Shown: positions 35,568 to 48,558, counted from the first letter of the whole stretch. The stretch: 63,611 nt of DNA, filler included, from Sphacelaria rigidula (GCA_964200075.2; 11 parts of 11 records of this genome joined end to end with filler, not necessarily neighbours in it), one strand, 5' to 3'. Program-made: numbers and translations. Notes: generated from the letters alone by a model not told the origin.

Positions 35568-38327
35568 GTTGGCAGACCTGAAATCGACGCCGCAGGCGCA
35601 GATTTCGAGAAAATCACGTTATGGGCGAGCTGGCTCCACTGCTCACCTGCCCCAAACCATGAATTCTCTCAGAACTTTCTCAAGTCTAAAATCAAGTAGT
35701 CATGTTGTTAACCATAGATTCACGACCAAAGCTTCAGGACTACTGCTCCACCCACCGACGCACCGACGCCCCCAATATCAATCCTACGATCTTTCAAGTT
35801 GGCGCGTGGGGTGAAGCTTTTCCACCCACATGCAAAGCCATCGGACACCTCCACCTTTGCACAACCCCTTCTTCCACGTGCCTCAAATCTCAGACACGTC
35901 GCTGGATCATTCGACACGATCAATACTTCAACTCATAGGCCGCTGTCATCCATGTTGGATTACTCTCATCCGTCCATCGATGAACTGTTGACGTTTGTCG
36001 CAAAACGCCTCAGAAAAAGAAGAGGGGGAGGGAGGGGGAAAGCAACATTTGAAACCTTTGGACACCAGAGCCTGACAAGAAAGAGGGAGGCCACAACAAG
36101 CAGACAAACCTAGTTCCCAAAACAGGGAAGGTACTGAGGACTCCACAATTAAATGAAATTGGCGGGAGAGGGGAGGAGGCGCTCGGAGACTTGTCCCATA
36201 TTTTATCACGCTAGAGGATGGACTCATACGCGCAATTACATCTATATTTTGAAACGGAGGGGAAGAATTGAACGTACTATATATTCAAATGATCGTATCA
36301 TGCATTTGTGAGGTGGACGCAGAGAAGAGTGTTCGAATCTAATGTGTACGCCATGAAACGCTCGCTTCTGCGTGGACCCTCGTTGGCACAGCTCTAGTTT
36401 CTTCCATATCACGTTTCATTCGTCGTGACTTCTAATTTGCCTTGCCCACAACTCGGGATAACTTCTCTCCAGTGAAAGATTCGCCTGCTACACAAATCCC
36501 CTGAATTGATTCTCCACATCTCATTCCTTGAGCACCATATGAACAATACACATATACACGACTCTCTGAACTCTTTAGAGAAGGATAAGTATCCTGCGAT
36601 GCAGGCGGACAGCCTCATTTACCAAACCTTGGATAATCACATAATATGTCGAAATATACACCGATATTTACTGCTGTCCCACCCTTACCGTTCGACATGA
36701 ACCTAATACCTCGCCCATCAAACGATGCGGCCAAGCTAAGGTGACATTTTCACCACCCCATACACGACAGGAAAGGTGGACGATTCAGTACTTTACTGTA
36801 AAGTCGAAAGAACTCTTGGGTCATTCTATGACCGACAGACGCTTGTACAAATATATACCGCCCTCCCCTACGAAAGGAGCACACGAAATAAAAACATCAA
36901 AATGAAACCCCTTTCGCAATTCTCTTCTCCACCTTCTTCCCCCTCATCCATATATTATACTGGAAACAGGGGAAAACATATACACTTACGAGAACCCGCT
37001 GAGGTCGCCCCATGGCTTTCGGAGTGTAGGTTCGAGAAGTGCAGCTCTCTTGCTGGAACATGACATCATCTTCACAGCTGCAGGTTTACAAAAAACAGAA
37101 ATCAAAGAAAAGCTCAGAAAAATGTAGCACATAGCACACCGTCTCTCAATGGTTTCAGTACGAGACGCACTCCCACCCACACGACTCAACACTTCCAGCA
37201 CCCAAACCTACTACATGCCTATGGTAAAAAGTGACGATCGTCTTTGGTCCCTATCGATCGAAGGAACGAATTGAACGTCTGATTGACATCGAGTACTCAC
37301 GCAAACCATAGAAGAAAACAATGGAGAAAAAAAAAGGATGCACGGGACAAATACCTACACCTAGTCAACCTCTTCTCCCATATCGTACATCAGAATGATG
37401 TTCGTCCGGCAGGTAACTAATGTCACACACCGAATAAAACGGTCCACTTCTTTTCGTTATCTTTGCCAAAGAAAACGATACGAAAAAAAAACTTCCGCAA
37501 GAGAAGGAAAAAGGCTTCGTTCACGTCCTCCGAGTGTTCTTCGAAAACCAAGAACGGAGAAAAGGAAGGCGTGAGCGGGAAAAAAACAACACAGCAGGCG
37601 GTGACATACTGAAGGAGAGAGACAGTTACAGGCCCAACCCACCCAGCGAGGATGATTCCGCGTGCCTCGTAACGACGCACTTCGCATGACATGCCAAGCC
37701 ACAGAAACCGAACACACTCAACATGCAAACAAAATGGCTTGTCGCCACACTCAACACCCGGCTTTCACATATCTCGGGCTGTCATAAATGAGATGGGAGA
37801 AGGAGGCGTGTGGGGACGGGGGGGGGAGGGAAACGCCTCGAACTATGTAAGCCACTGTCACCCGCCACCACTAACAACAGCATATTATATACCAGGTCAA
37901 GCAAGGGCTGAGAGCTGTCGCGACGGGCATCGCCTTACAGCGACAACACGCCACGCGCCGCTGCTCTCCTCCTCCAACATCTGGTGAACTTTACAAATAA
38001 TAATGAAGATGAACGAGAAACACAAGGAGGTTCCATGGAACCCAGCCATTTTCCCCCACATACACAGTTGTACCTCCACCCCCAAACACGGCCCGCTGTG
38101 ATATGTTCCAATCTGGGAACGTTTTTCGGGACAAAAAGCTCCGGAACTGCATACCATGCCAAAGCGTGCCATATCGCTGAACCCGGCCTGAGCGCCCGCG
38201 ATTCCCGAGATATCGTCCATTTACCCACATTGAGTGCGAGAGGGGCCCATTTTGCGCTCAGTGCCATATCTGCCCCGTCCCACCACCACCCCCGCGCAGG
38301 AAGGCATCCGTTGTCTCTTTCCTCCGT

Positions 38328-39260
38328 CTAGTAGATAGCACCGCCGCCGTTGGTGTGGCGATGCGCGTGTCGCGCATGCCTCGCGGCGGCCTGTTCGTTG
38401 AGATCCACATCCACCATTTCCATGCCCACGTCGCCGATATAATCATCTTTTGTCTCGCCTTCGTACTGGTCTTCCTCCCACTCTCCGCTCGACCCCGAGG
38501 AACGCATATCATCCCCCTTATCGTCATCATCTTCGTTATCCTCGAACTCACCCGTCCGCACGATCTCGTTCTGCGCGTTCACCTTCACCTCGCGGTTGCC
38601 CCAGCGGCGATCCTTGAGGGTACAGAGGGCGTACAGCTTGATAACTGCACCCCAGTACTGCACGAAGATGAACGGAAGGATGTACCATACCCATCGGCAG
38701 GGCGGGCGCGGCCGGGACCAGGTGAAGTACATGAGGGTCTTCATAATTCGGGTAACCACGATGTAGCAGGCAAACGCCACCAGGACGAACATGTTCTGCT
38801 CCCAGAAAGTCAGGAACAGGATCGCGATCGGGCCGTAGACCATCGTGAAGGGAGAGATCATCTTGTCGAGGGAGGTCACCGCCAGCCACGGGTACTTCTT
38901 CCACACGGAGCGTTCGAGGAACAGCATCTTCAGGTCGGATCGCCACGAGTTTCGTGACCAGCGCAGTAGCTGCGACCGGAGCTTGGCTCCTGCCTCAAAC
39001 TGCGTGGACAGCGTGCACACCTCGCAGATCTGGTGCCACATTTTGTAGTCCGACATGATGCAAAGCCTGGTGAGGCATTTGTCGTCACCGGAAAGCTGCA
39101 GCTGGCCCGCGAAGTGCTCGTTGAGGAAGTAGTTCTTGAAACCGTCGAAACGGAACAGCTGGGTGCGGTAGGCCATCGTTCGCCCTGACAGGCACGTGGA
39201 CCCGCCGCCCATGAAGGTGGTGGCTCGGTACTCCAGATATCGCTGGTAGAGACGCATGTC
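38328..39260 (-). CDS. Terminal exon of processive GT2 glycosyltransferase (hyaluronan synthase / CPS1 / NodC-like)
   Basis: Acceptor aaacAG at 39262-39261; 933 nt, phase 0. Motifs CLSGRT, SGDDK (39081-39089) and QLLRW = QxxRW (38958-38972); several hydrophobic TM segments, a WG motif, an acidic tail and strong GC3 bias. Confidence 0.92.
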   Translation of the reverse strand, partial: DMRLYQRYLEYRATTFMGGGSTCLSGRTMAYRTQLFRFDGFKNYFLNEHFAGQLQLSGDDKCLTRLCIMSDYKMWHQICEVCTLSTQFEAGAKLRSQLLRWSRNSWRSDLKMLFLERSVWKKYPWLAVTSLDKMISPFTMVYGPIAILFLTFWEQNMFVLVAFACYIVVTRIMKTLMYFTWSRPRPPCRWVWYILPFIFVQYWGAVIKLYALCTLKDRRWGNREVKVNAQNEIVRTGEFEDNEDDDDKGDDMRSSGSSGEWEEDQYEGETKDDYIGDVGMEMVDVDLNEQAAARHARHAHRHTNGGGAIY

Positions 39261-40544
39261 CTGTTTTTATCAAGTTTCAACAGATCCGGATTTCCGTTCG
39301 CGGTAGGCGGTCGCGCAAGAACATGTCGTTGTTGTGAGAGACCACACAGGGGGCAGGGGCGGGGGCGGATTGTACTCAAAGCGAGAAAACATGATAGCTC
39401 TCCATGTCGGTTTTTTTTTGGTTTGGCAGCATACTCTTATCTCCGGGCTTGCAAGGGTTCGACCCTGTCTGTGCCGCGGTGCTTTCGCTGAAACCACTTC
39501 AGGGCGTAGCTCATGGTCAAGGCGTCGTTTCGTGCTTCCGACACGGCCGACACGGAGTGCACGAGGTGCACTCCGTTCGGAACTTCGGTCCCACATTATC
39601 ATCCACGTTGATAAAGGGCGACAAAATCAGTGACGGCCCCGTGGACCTGTCCCGTTGTCTCTTGTAGATTTCTTCATCTATGTTGATCTGTAGCGTTGCA
39701 CGCATGCTGTGATTCACCCCTAGTTACAGCCAGGATTTTTCACGAGACGGGGATCAGATGGGACAATGAGACTTTCAGGACTTTGTCCCCCCCCGTCCCG
39801 ACACCTTCTAGTTCTCCTCATTCCTGTCATGTTCTCGCAAAATGCCTCCGAAGTGTTCATGTTGTATGTCGCGGGACGTGCCGTCCCGTCTTCACGGTAC
39901 ATGGTCAGTGAGATGGGATTTCCCCTGTCAAATCTCAATGACACATGGTAAAACACAGGAGTGATCAGTGCGGTACAACAGTCAGTAATGTCATGTAAAA
40001 TTGACTAGCTGTCTGGTGGTACTTTGGCCCCGATCTGTTGAGCAGCGAATTGCTTACTGTAGCATCAACAAGCTGTCGACGTACCGTCATTGGCTGCTGT
40101 ACTGGCCCCCATCCACTGCCGAGGGAGCACTCGACGTGTTGCGTTTGGTGATGGACAGAGATGTCATATACAGCATGGATCCGCACCGATGTAAGGCACT
40201 GTCATACAAAAACCGCTTTCGTTTCAGGTTTTTAGTTTGCGCCGTTCATGTTTAGTACAGCACCACCATGTGGTACTGACGTGAACCACCTTGATCATGA
40301 GCACACGCCAAACATCGGGAGAGACGCTTGCTGAAACCGAAAAGCTCGGGTACTAGCCAGGATTGCCTGAGTCGGTAATTTCCACACCCTGGACAATAGA
40401 CGGCATCTATTGCGATGGCAATAGAATCTGCTACAGTAGATGCCNNNNNNNNNNNNNNNNNNNNNNNNNNNNNNNNNNNNNNNNNNNNTTAATTAATTAA
40501 NNNNNNNNNNNNNNNNNNNNNNNNNNNNNNNNNNNNNNNNNNNN

Positions 40545-41110
40545 AGAGAGAAGCAACGACAGAGAGGAAGCTCCTCGCCCGTGTCCTTTGTGTGTCCTCG
40601 CTCGGCGATTACCAAACTGTCGAGAGACTGGCATCATCGATGTTACCAGCATGTGCCCAATGTTCCATGTGCCAGAACATCGACGTGCGAAGAGATTCCG
40701 TCGTCTCTTCTTGCCTGTCGCCAACGCGAAGATCGATTTCGCTCTGCCTTTCCTTTGGACAGGACGCCTCTGTGCGCTGAAGAACATGTCGTTGAAAATA
40801 TAGGGCAATGTTCCCGTCACCGGTGCTACTGTTCTCTGTCACACACATGCAAGCAAGGGCGGTGCTGCGGCCGTAACAGATAGATCCAATTTGAATTTAG
40901 GGGGTGTTATTCATCGTTGATTTTCGCCGACCTCCCCCAACCGAGTGGCCGAGCAGAAGGGCGTGCCACACGCCAGTTGAGGGGGGTGTATGAGAGATCA
41001 AACACCTGTAGAAACCTTTTTGACATGCGGAGTGAAAAAAGATACCTATGGCGGTGACCTAACTGTTGCTAGCGTGGCGCATAGGCAATCTGCAGCACGC
41101 GGTGGTCGCG
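40545..41110. mobile_element. Copy of the repeat family at about 360-975 (reverse complement)
   Basis: Direct sequence match. Confidence 0.85.
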
Positions 41111-44100
41111 TGAACAGCTCGGTACAGTACGAGTAGCCTCCCTTAAGTAATAATCATTCCGATGTCAGGAGGTCATGGGTTATTGCAAGTTGGGAGGAGA
41201 GACGAGAGTGCTCTACGACCAACCGCATGTCTTTGCATTCGAGACCCACGCCATCAAACCGCCGACAGCAAGGGTCTTGTGGCTTTCACACGACGCTGTC
41301 GGCAGTGTGGCAGGCAAACCGGATCATAGCTACCTTTCGTTGCTCTACCGCACGTACGCCCGTCTGCTCAGAGCTGGTCACGGTAACAAACTGAACCGGA
41401 GTCGCAAGACCTGTGAAAGCTTGAGAGTTCGATTTTTATGAACTGCATCCACAAAATGAAAACGGTTCTCAAAACCTGAGGGAGGACGGCTTCCTTGTCC
41501 CCCAGCCAGGTATCGATGAACGAGGAAAGACCTTTACAGGCGGATACTCGTGGGATGGCCGGGGTAGTCAGTAAGATCCACCTTGTCAGGATAACGTACA
41601 GTAGTCTAGTGACATACCTGTTTGAGTTCCGGGTACTACGCGGGATGACTTTATACTGTGATGGTGGTGACTGGACATATGTGAGGGCGTGTGCTTGACG
41701 TCTTGAGATCTTGGTTCCTACGGAGGTCACTTTTCCTTTATATACACTTACACCTAATCATCCTGATCGACAGTCAGCTGTGTTCACTGATCGACCATCA
41801 CAGTCGTGTCCACTGATTAACTATCTCAGTCGAGTTTGCACCCCATCCTCTCACGGGGTCACGGAGCTACAAACAAGCAATTCCCATCGTTATCGTGAAC
41901 AGATGAAAATGATTGCTTATTTGGATTTTCACCTTTTCATTTCCCTAAACCGAAAATTGTGTTTTTTTTCATCACTGACGGTCAATAATACCTCCTGATA
42001 AACGAGGTACTCAATCTGTATCACCTCGACAACACCAAATGAGGATTGTATTCCAAGTACGATCTGTTTCTTTTCCCAATATCCATCAGTCCTAGGAATT
42101 TTGAGTAAGGAAGAATATAACACGAGAAAATTTTGAGAAGTGCCCGAAGACGAAAATTGCTCAATCAAGCCCATCTTAGCACAGGTGGGAGTGAACCAAT
42201 TCCGATCGCTCTCACGAACAATTGTGCAGACCCTCCTTTTATTTTTACCAATCCATCGGGCTAGAGCGCGGAAAAAATATGTGTTTCGGACAAAAACGGT
42301 CAGTGACACCTTGTCAATTCAGCCCGTATGTCGTTCAATATTGAGCGGGGAGCGAATGCCTGGTATCTCCCGATTCCCAAACTTCGGATTCAAGTTTACT
42401 GGGATGAGCGGTGGCACGCGAAAAAAACCACGGAAAATCGACCACGAAAAAATTACAAAAACCCTTCATTTTAGCTGAAAGCCACTTTAGTTGTCAAAAT
42501 ATACCAGTAGGGAGAGGAAGGCACCATGTTTGCAAGATTTGGTGTGGATTCGAATATTTGAATTTTCCGGGAATTTATCAGCCTCATTGAAAAGCTCCAT
42601 CCTCAATTTTGATGATCGGATGTCAAGTATGGAAATGGATGAGGAATCTTGGTAGATTGGAAAGAAGATCTCGAGAGAGGAACAGAGGGTTGGGGAAATA
42701 CAAGGATGAGAGAAGTGCCAGGCAAAATTCTAGTACCGGCGCCGAAAATGAAAAACTGGCCGTCTCCCGGTACGACTCTAGGTGGAGAGGCCGTACAAAT
42801 ACAAAGCAACGCAAACTGGAAATGGTCCTGGAAATAGGATACGGGTCGTGAACAAGGATCCCTCACCCGCTTGCTTTAAAGCAGAGACAGGAAAAACATG
42901 CACAGCTTTGGAACGAGGTGAAAGGAAGTAAGAACGAGAGGGGAAAACTATCCATGCCACCTGAAGGGTAGATATAGATGCAGACGAGGGAACATTTGTT
43001 AGTCGCCACCTTCTACTCTGCCGGAACAAATTCGTAATCTTGAAGCCACGACGCTTGGAAGCCATCTCGACTCATTGCAACCCGGATCACATGTTTTCGA
43101 GCTAGCAAACACACGAACATACCAGTGAAGGGTGGGTTGTATTCTAAACTCTACGTACGTTGTTCGACCTTAAATCAACCAACCATCACTTTCGGGACTA
43201 TGATACCTCGGAGAGCCTCGGCAACACGCGCACGGCGTCAATTGTTGGCCCATGCCTGTAGGGTGCCCGCCGGCCGACGATACGTTTCCCAGCAAGTGAG
43301 CAAGCGAACATTACCGTTGGAGGGTTGGCTGCATTCTAAACCCTACGCGTGCTTCGACCTCAAGATCAATATCGAAATAGCTCCCTGGGCAATGTTACCC
43401 TGTTTGCAACAGACTGGGAGATACGAGCATTGCGTCAAATGGTCACTTACCACTGCTGTAGGACCATGAGCGTATACATGTAGCAGTCTTCCAGTGCATG
43501 AAGCACATAGTTGGGAATCATCAACGAGCTGATGGGACGCCCAAACGCTGCTGCTACTCCTTATCAACAAAGAGGCAATAATGTCCTTCTTAATTCCAAA
43601 ATCAACGTAAATAAAGACTGTCTATGCGCAGCTCTTTCTCCAGGGTGTAGACGGGGGGTCACTTGCCCGTCTTCGTGTGCTGTACTGAGCATGCTCGTAC
43701 TCTGGAGCAAGCATATATCAAAGCGGTCGAGCCCCGCTTGAATCTGGGGAAATGCGACATGCAAAGTACTAAGCAGGGTACACAGCGACAGCTTCCTGCA
43801 CAATGATAACCCCCTGGATCCTGTGGAACAACGTGAGGACACATCTACCCTGTTCGTATACAGGGTGCCCCAGCGTGATCCGTGGCTGAATCTATCCAAA
43901 TGTCACGTCTAAAACCACATGGGTGGACTTGGTCATTCTATTGTGAGCCGTGTCCCCTATGTCGCCACCGGCGCGGCCACCACAGCCGAGCACATCTAAA
44001 ACGAGGCTCTCAGTAACGCATCAAAACAACAGTCACGTGCCAATCCACCATCGTTCGCTGTCTAACAGGCCAACGGTACACCGAAGAAAATCGGAACACC

Positions 44101-44490
44101 TTTTCATTCGGCTCAAGTCTGATGCGAAGCAGATGAGACTCTAATTTCCCGTCTGCCAAGGGTCAAGTACGTCCATCATACATGTATCATATTGTACAGT
44201 CACCAAGAACCACGGCGTCGCGGATACTCCACCACATGTGTTAACATCCCTCTATGCCTAGCCGCCGCTAAAAATGACGGTATATGTTCTGCCCCGAAAC
44301 ATACATGCCTAAGTTACTCGCCCACTTCACAGTTTGCAATTCCCTCTAAGAACAAACGGAACGCAGAACTGGCGGAAGACAAAAACTGCGGCCCGCACGT
44401 TTGGCATATCCCAAGCTAAGATAGACTCCACATGCAGCAGGAAAAACACGCTGCAGCAACGCCCACATTTTCGCTTTTTGCTGTAATAAA

Positions 44491-44682
44491 TCATGCCACC
44501 GACTGCTCGGCGCCGAAGGTCTTTCGCAGTTTTTCCCAGTAGTCAGTCGCTCCGGGTTCATAGACCCCGTCCACGGCGTGGAGCATTGCCGAGAGCACCG
44601 TTTCACCCTTGTCGCCCAGGAATCTCGTGATGTATAGTTCATGCTCGCCAGCGGGGCTCGTCTTCGTGACCATCGTGATGCT
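44491..44682 (-). CDS. HutX/ChuX-like heme-binding protein, last exon
   Basis: cgtAG|SITMVTKTSPAGEHELYITRFLGDKGETVLSAMLHAVDGVYEPGATDYWEKLRKTFGAEQSVA*. Confidence 0.85.
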   Translation of the reverse strand, partial: SITMVTKTSPAGEHELYITRFLGDKGETVLSAMLHAVDGVYEPGATDYWEKLRKTFGAEQSVA

Positions 44683-45202
44683 CTACGAGTGAGAGCCCGG
44701 TAACGGGAAGCGCCGGTCAGTCACTTCCCATGCAGTGAAGCCATGCGGTTTATTTTTCTTTTACTTTTTCCCGAGATATGAGCATGAAAACGTTCGGTTA
44801 CCGTTCAAGACCATACCAAAAATATTGAAAGGGGGGTACCCTGCAATTTATATCCGGTACTAGGGATGAAAAGGGCCTACTATCTCTACTTATGTCTGCT
44901 GTTCTGTTCTCCATGTTTCCAGCCTACCGATCGTTGGATGAGTATTAAAAGTCATGCATGAGGGACTGAGCGGACGGGGACGAAATGTCTGCCGGAAATT
45001 GATGGGAGTAGCGTGGATATCACAGAACCGGGAAACAGTATCGGGCGGGTGACGTGAATAGTCGCTAGGGCGAATCGGACACATCTGTACAAATGGACGG
45101 ACAGTCACGTGTAAGTCAACTGGCCGTTATGGTTACATAAGATGTTGAGGGCTGCCACTTTTGCAGCACCATCAAATGCCGTGCAGGAAAAATTATACAC
45201 AC

Positions 45203-45263
45203 CTTAATCTTGTCCATGTTGACGTGACATTCGAAATCCTTGCCCTCCGACACGGTGGCATAT
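45203..45263 (-). CDS. HutX/ChuX-like heme-binding protein, exon B
   Basis: aacAG|(R)YATVSEGKDFECHVNMDKIK|GT; phase 2 to 0, matching both neighbours. Confidence 0.85.
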
Positions 45264-45531
45264 CTGTTTAGGGCGCAGGCACACGTGTGGGGGTAACGAA
45301 TTACTCCCGCTGCAAGCGCCACGTGATGCATCCCGTTTTGGAAGCGCCAACCTCATGTGAAACACACACACACAAAGCAGAAGTTTGGCGTTTCTATTTG
45401 TGGAAATAAAGAAACAGTAGACACACACGTAAGTATACACACGTTTTACACAATCGCAGCCGTCCCACAGACGCACAATTTTCAGCATACCACGACAAAG
45501 AGTACATCTGTACACGAAATTCCTCGCACAC

Positions 45532-45680
45532 CTGCCCTTAGGTTGATCGCTGTAGCGAAGGTTGTCGAAAGAACCAACGGACTCCAGTATTGCGCCATCC
45601 GTCATGCAAACGAATCTCACGGGCCCGAGCAGCTCACAGTCTTCGATGAATTTCTCCAGACGCTCTCGACCCGCCAGGTC
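45532..45680 (-). CDS. HutX/ChuX-like heme-binding protein, internal exon A
   Basis: tttAG|DLAGRERLEKFIEDCELLGPVRFVCMTDGAILESVGSFDNLRYSDQPKG(R)|GT; phase 0 to 2. Confidence 0.85.
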
Positions 45681-46810
45681 CTAAATATATGCCAATACGT
45701 TACACACGATTGGGTGCGAAGCTATGCACGGGGAGAAACATTCACAGATGCTTCGCACTTACCTCTACAAAAATTTCAACACGAAGCCTATTCACGTGTT
45801 CCACCGTTGAGGTGTTCTGCATTTCGAGTTTTGACATACAGCAAGGCCTGACGCTGATAGAGGCACACGTAGGAACATCGTGCTTCTGTTGTGTTCGGGG
45901 TGAGTTCATGTCGATGACTCGTCGTGGGTGTGAAATATTAACTTATTCGTCCCACGACTCTTTTCGTCACGATCCAAATTTCAGGGTCTAACTCCAAATA
46001 TTGGCCGGCGCATTCGCCTTCTAAGAATCGGATCGGTAGAAATTCGGAACAGTATTTCGCAGGCCGCTCACCGGCCCACGTTTGGTTTTGGGGTATTGAA
46101 AATTGGTGTGGGCCCCCGCCAGGACATAATTAACAAAACTCAGTGGACCAGATTTTTTTTCATTCTTTTTTTCACTGGTTGAGGGCGTGTTAGTATAGTG
46201 AAGACCATTTCTTCACGAGAATTCTCTAACCTCTATNNNNNNNNNNNNNNNNNNNNNNNNNNNNNNNNNNNNNNNNNNNNTTAATTAATTAANNNNNNNN
46301 NNNNNNNNNNNNNNNNNNNNNNNNNNNNNNNNNNNNAAAGTTACGTTTTTTCAAAATGTGTCACGTTAAAACGTCACGTGTCACGTATCCCTCCCTGATT
46401 AAAACGATCCGATTGACATCGTTAGGGTGGAGAGATGGTGGGTTCGATTCCTACCTGAAGCGTTCGGGTTTTTCGGAGTATCTGATTTACACCGTCGAAA
46501 GCATGGGTACGTGAGTAAACAATAAAGTAGTTGGCTGTGTTTTTTCGACGAGGTTTGACGCGGTGCGGGAGTGTTGGTCGTGATCCAATCCGCGAGACCA
46601 AAAGGCAAAGCGTGTACCGGGGAGAGAGAGGTGGGTTGATTCCCCGAGAAACCACGGAAAGTCGTCCCGAGGAAGAGGAGGGATTTAAAATACTCGAATG
46701 ACAAAAAACTAGAAAGAATATTCAACGAACTTTATTATTTTTTGTGCTGACTTTCTTCTCTTGCGCATTTATTCGCGTTGACCACATAGTGGTCTGATCA
46801 CCCATAACCG

Positions 46811-46860
46811 TAACCCTAACCTAGCCCTAACCCTAACCCTAACCCTAACCCTAACCCTAA
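46811..46860. repeat. Interstitial telomeric repeat (CCCTAA)6 plus degenerate units
   Basis: Perfect units at 46825-46860. Confidence 0.93.
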
Positions 46861-47319
46861 TCTTGTAATATCGCTGCATCGTAACGGTCGACGCGCCGCT
46901 GGTCGTGGCTCGTGCGCGTAGAACAATGACACGCGTTGTTATATGCGTGGTATCGGCCGTTTCCCTGTGGGCATTGTCTCCCCCCAACCACCATCAGATT
47001 CCCCATTCCCCGCAATTATCACTTCATTATTATTTATTATTTCCGCACATTGGTCCGATATCGCGAACCTGTGGTCACAAAAGCCAGCCATACTTGTGTC
47101 AAAAGTAGGAGTCCGGGGGGAGAGCAAGGAGTTGAGGCTGGTTGTTCAGTAAGATCAGTGTTTCGGCGAACCAATCCGTACCAGTCTTGGAATGCGAATC
47201 TCGAGCATAAAACCTGTTTCGAAACGGCTTTTTTTGGGGGGGGGGGCTGCTGCAGGAGGATCATTACCTGCGCGTAGGAAAGTTGATTTACGGCGATATG
47301 ATTACAGCGCGACGTGTCA

Positions 47320-47645
47320 TTCCAAAAGCGGCGAGTCTGTACAAGAGCAGTGGGTTTGCACAAAAGCGGCGAGTTTGTACAAAAGCGGCAAGTCAGTCCA
47401 GGAGCGGAAAGTTACGATAGTAAGAGCAACGCAAGGTAGTCTAGACGGCAGCGAGTGAGTGCATAAAGCAGCGAAGTAGTCCAAAAGGCAGTAAGGTACT
47501 GTACTATAGTGCAAAATAGTCGGCGAATTACTGCGGTACACAAAGCGGCAACTTGATGAAAAAACGGTCAGTTATTTTTGAAAAGCGACTACTGTAGATG
47601 AAATAAAAGTGGCTAGTTCATGCAGAGCGGCGATTTTCGCCGCTA
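47320..47645. repeat. Array of AAAGCGGCGAGT-like motifs (probable TE subterminal repeats)
   Basis: The motif recurs about 10 times. Confidence 0.7.
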
Positions 47646-47926
47646 AATCAGTGTGGTGAAAGTATAGATGGGGTTCAAACGACCAGCGCTCAACGGCTCG
47701 ATCTGAGGGGGGGGTGCTCATGATCTTGCATGCCGTAGTCATGAGACCGTTGACCTTGCATCCCTACAAAGCCGGGATGGAGCACTCCGGGTTCTGACCA
47801 GACTAGGCTCTGGGAGGGTGAGAGGGGGGACCTGAGAACATAAAATCATATGCCTTTCTTATTGGTGCAGCTGCCGCCTTTCCTGCGTCGGTTACTCGTG
47901 ATCTCCTGTATCTTGTCCCGTTACAG

Positions 47927-47988
47927 GTAGCGTCCAGAACGAAGAAGCTGGAGCGTCACGGTTACGAGAGGGATCAAAATGGACACAG
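47927..47988 (+). CDS. ABCF-subfamily ATPase, linker exon 1
   Basis: tacAG|VASRTKKLERHGYERDQNGH(R)|GT; the SRxKKLER motif is typical of the ABCF inter-domain linker. Confidence 0.8.
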
Positions 47989-48558
47989 GTTCGTGCGGTG
48001 ACAGCAAACGCCTCCTCGAACTTTGTGATCGCTTTTTTTTTTTTTCGTGTTTATCTGTCATTGATAATTTGATTGATTGATCGATCGATCGATTAATTCT
48101 TGATCGTCGCACAGCAACTGCACCGCTGCTATTCAACTGTGATTTAGCCCCCCCTGCTCTTGAATGTTGTGTTTTGCTTCTTTTGTTTGTTTGTTTGTTT
48201 TGCAGACCCTGGACAGAAGATTGAATCGTCCGAAAATGTACTTGCGTACAGTATTTAGAATTGCGTCTATTGCAAGAGACAATACATTCCACACACTGTA
48301 CGGAGTACACTTTAGGGCAATGTCATCCATTGTCCTCATCCAGGGTGTGTTGTTTTGTCTGTCATTAATCGGATCAATTAATTGATCGATTGATTGATCG
48401 ATTGATTGATCGACCATCGCACAATAACTGAGGCAGTGCTACTATGATTCAGCCCTGGTCATAAGGGGGGGCGGGGCGGGTGTATCCAAGGTATGCCGTG
48501 CCAGATCCTGTTCCAAGTCTTGAACGTTTTCAGGACGCATGTTTTCATCACGTTGGTA

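Noticed and set aside
38355..38957. 200-aa plus-strand ORF and other overlapping ORFs
   Set aside because: Antisense or alternate-frame shadows of the GC3-rich GT2 exon.
43560..44490. Cys-rich CQTCGP read-through suggesting a KDZ transposase
   Set aside because: It lies just after the true stop of the HutX-like gene, has many stops, and is most simply 3' UTR.
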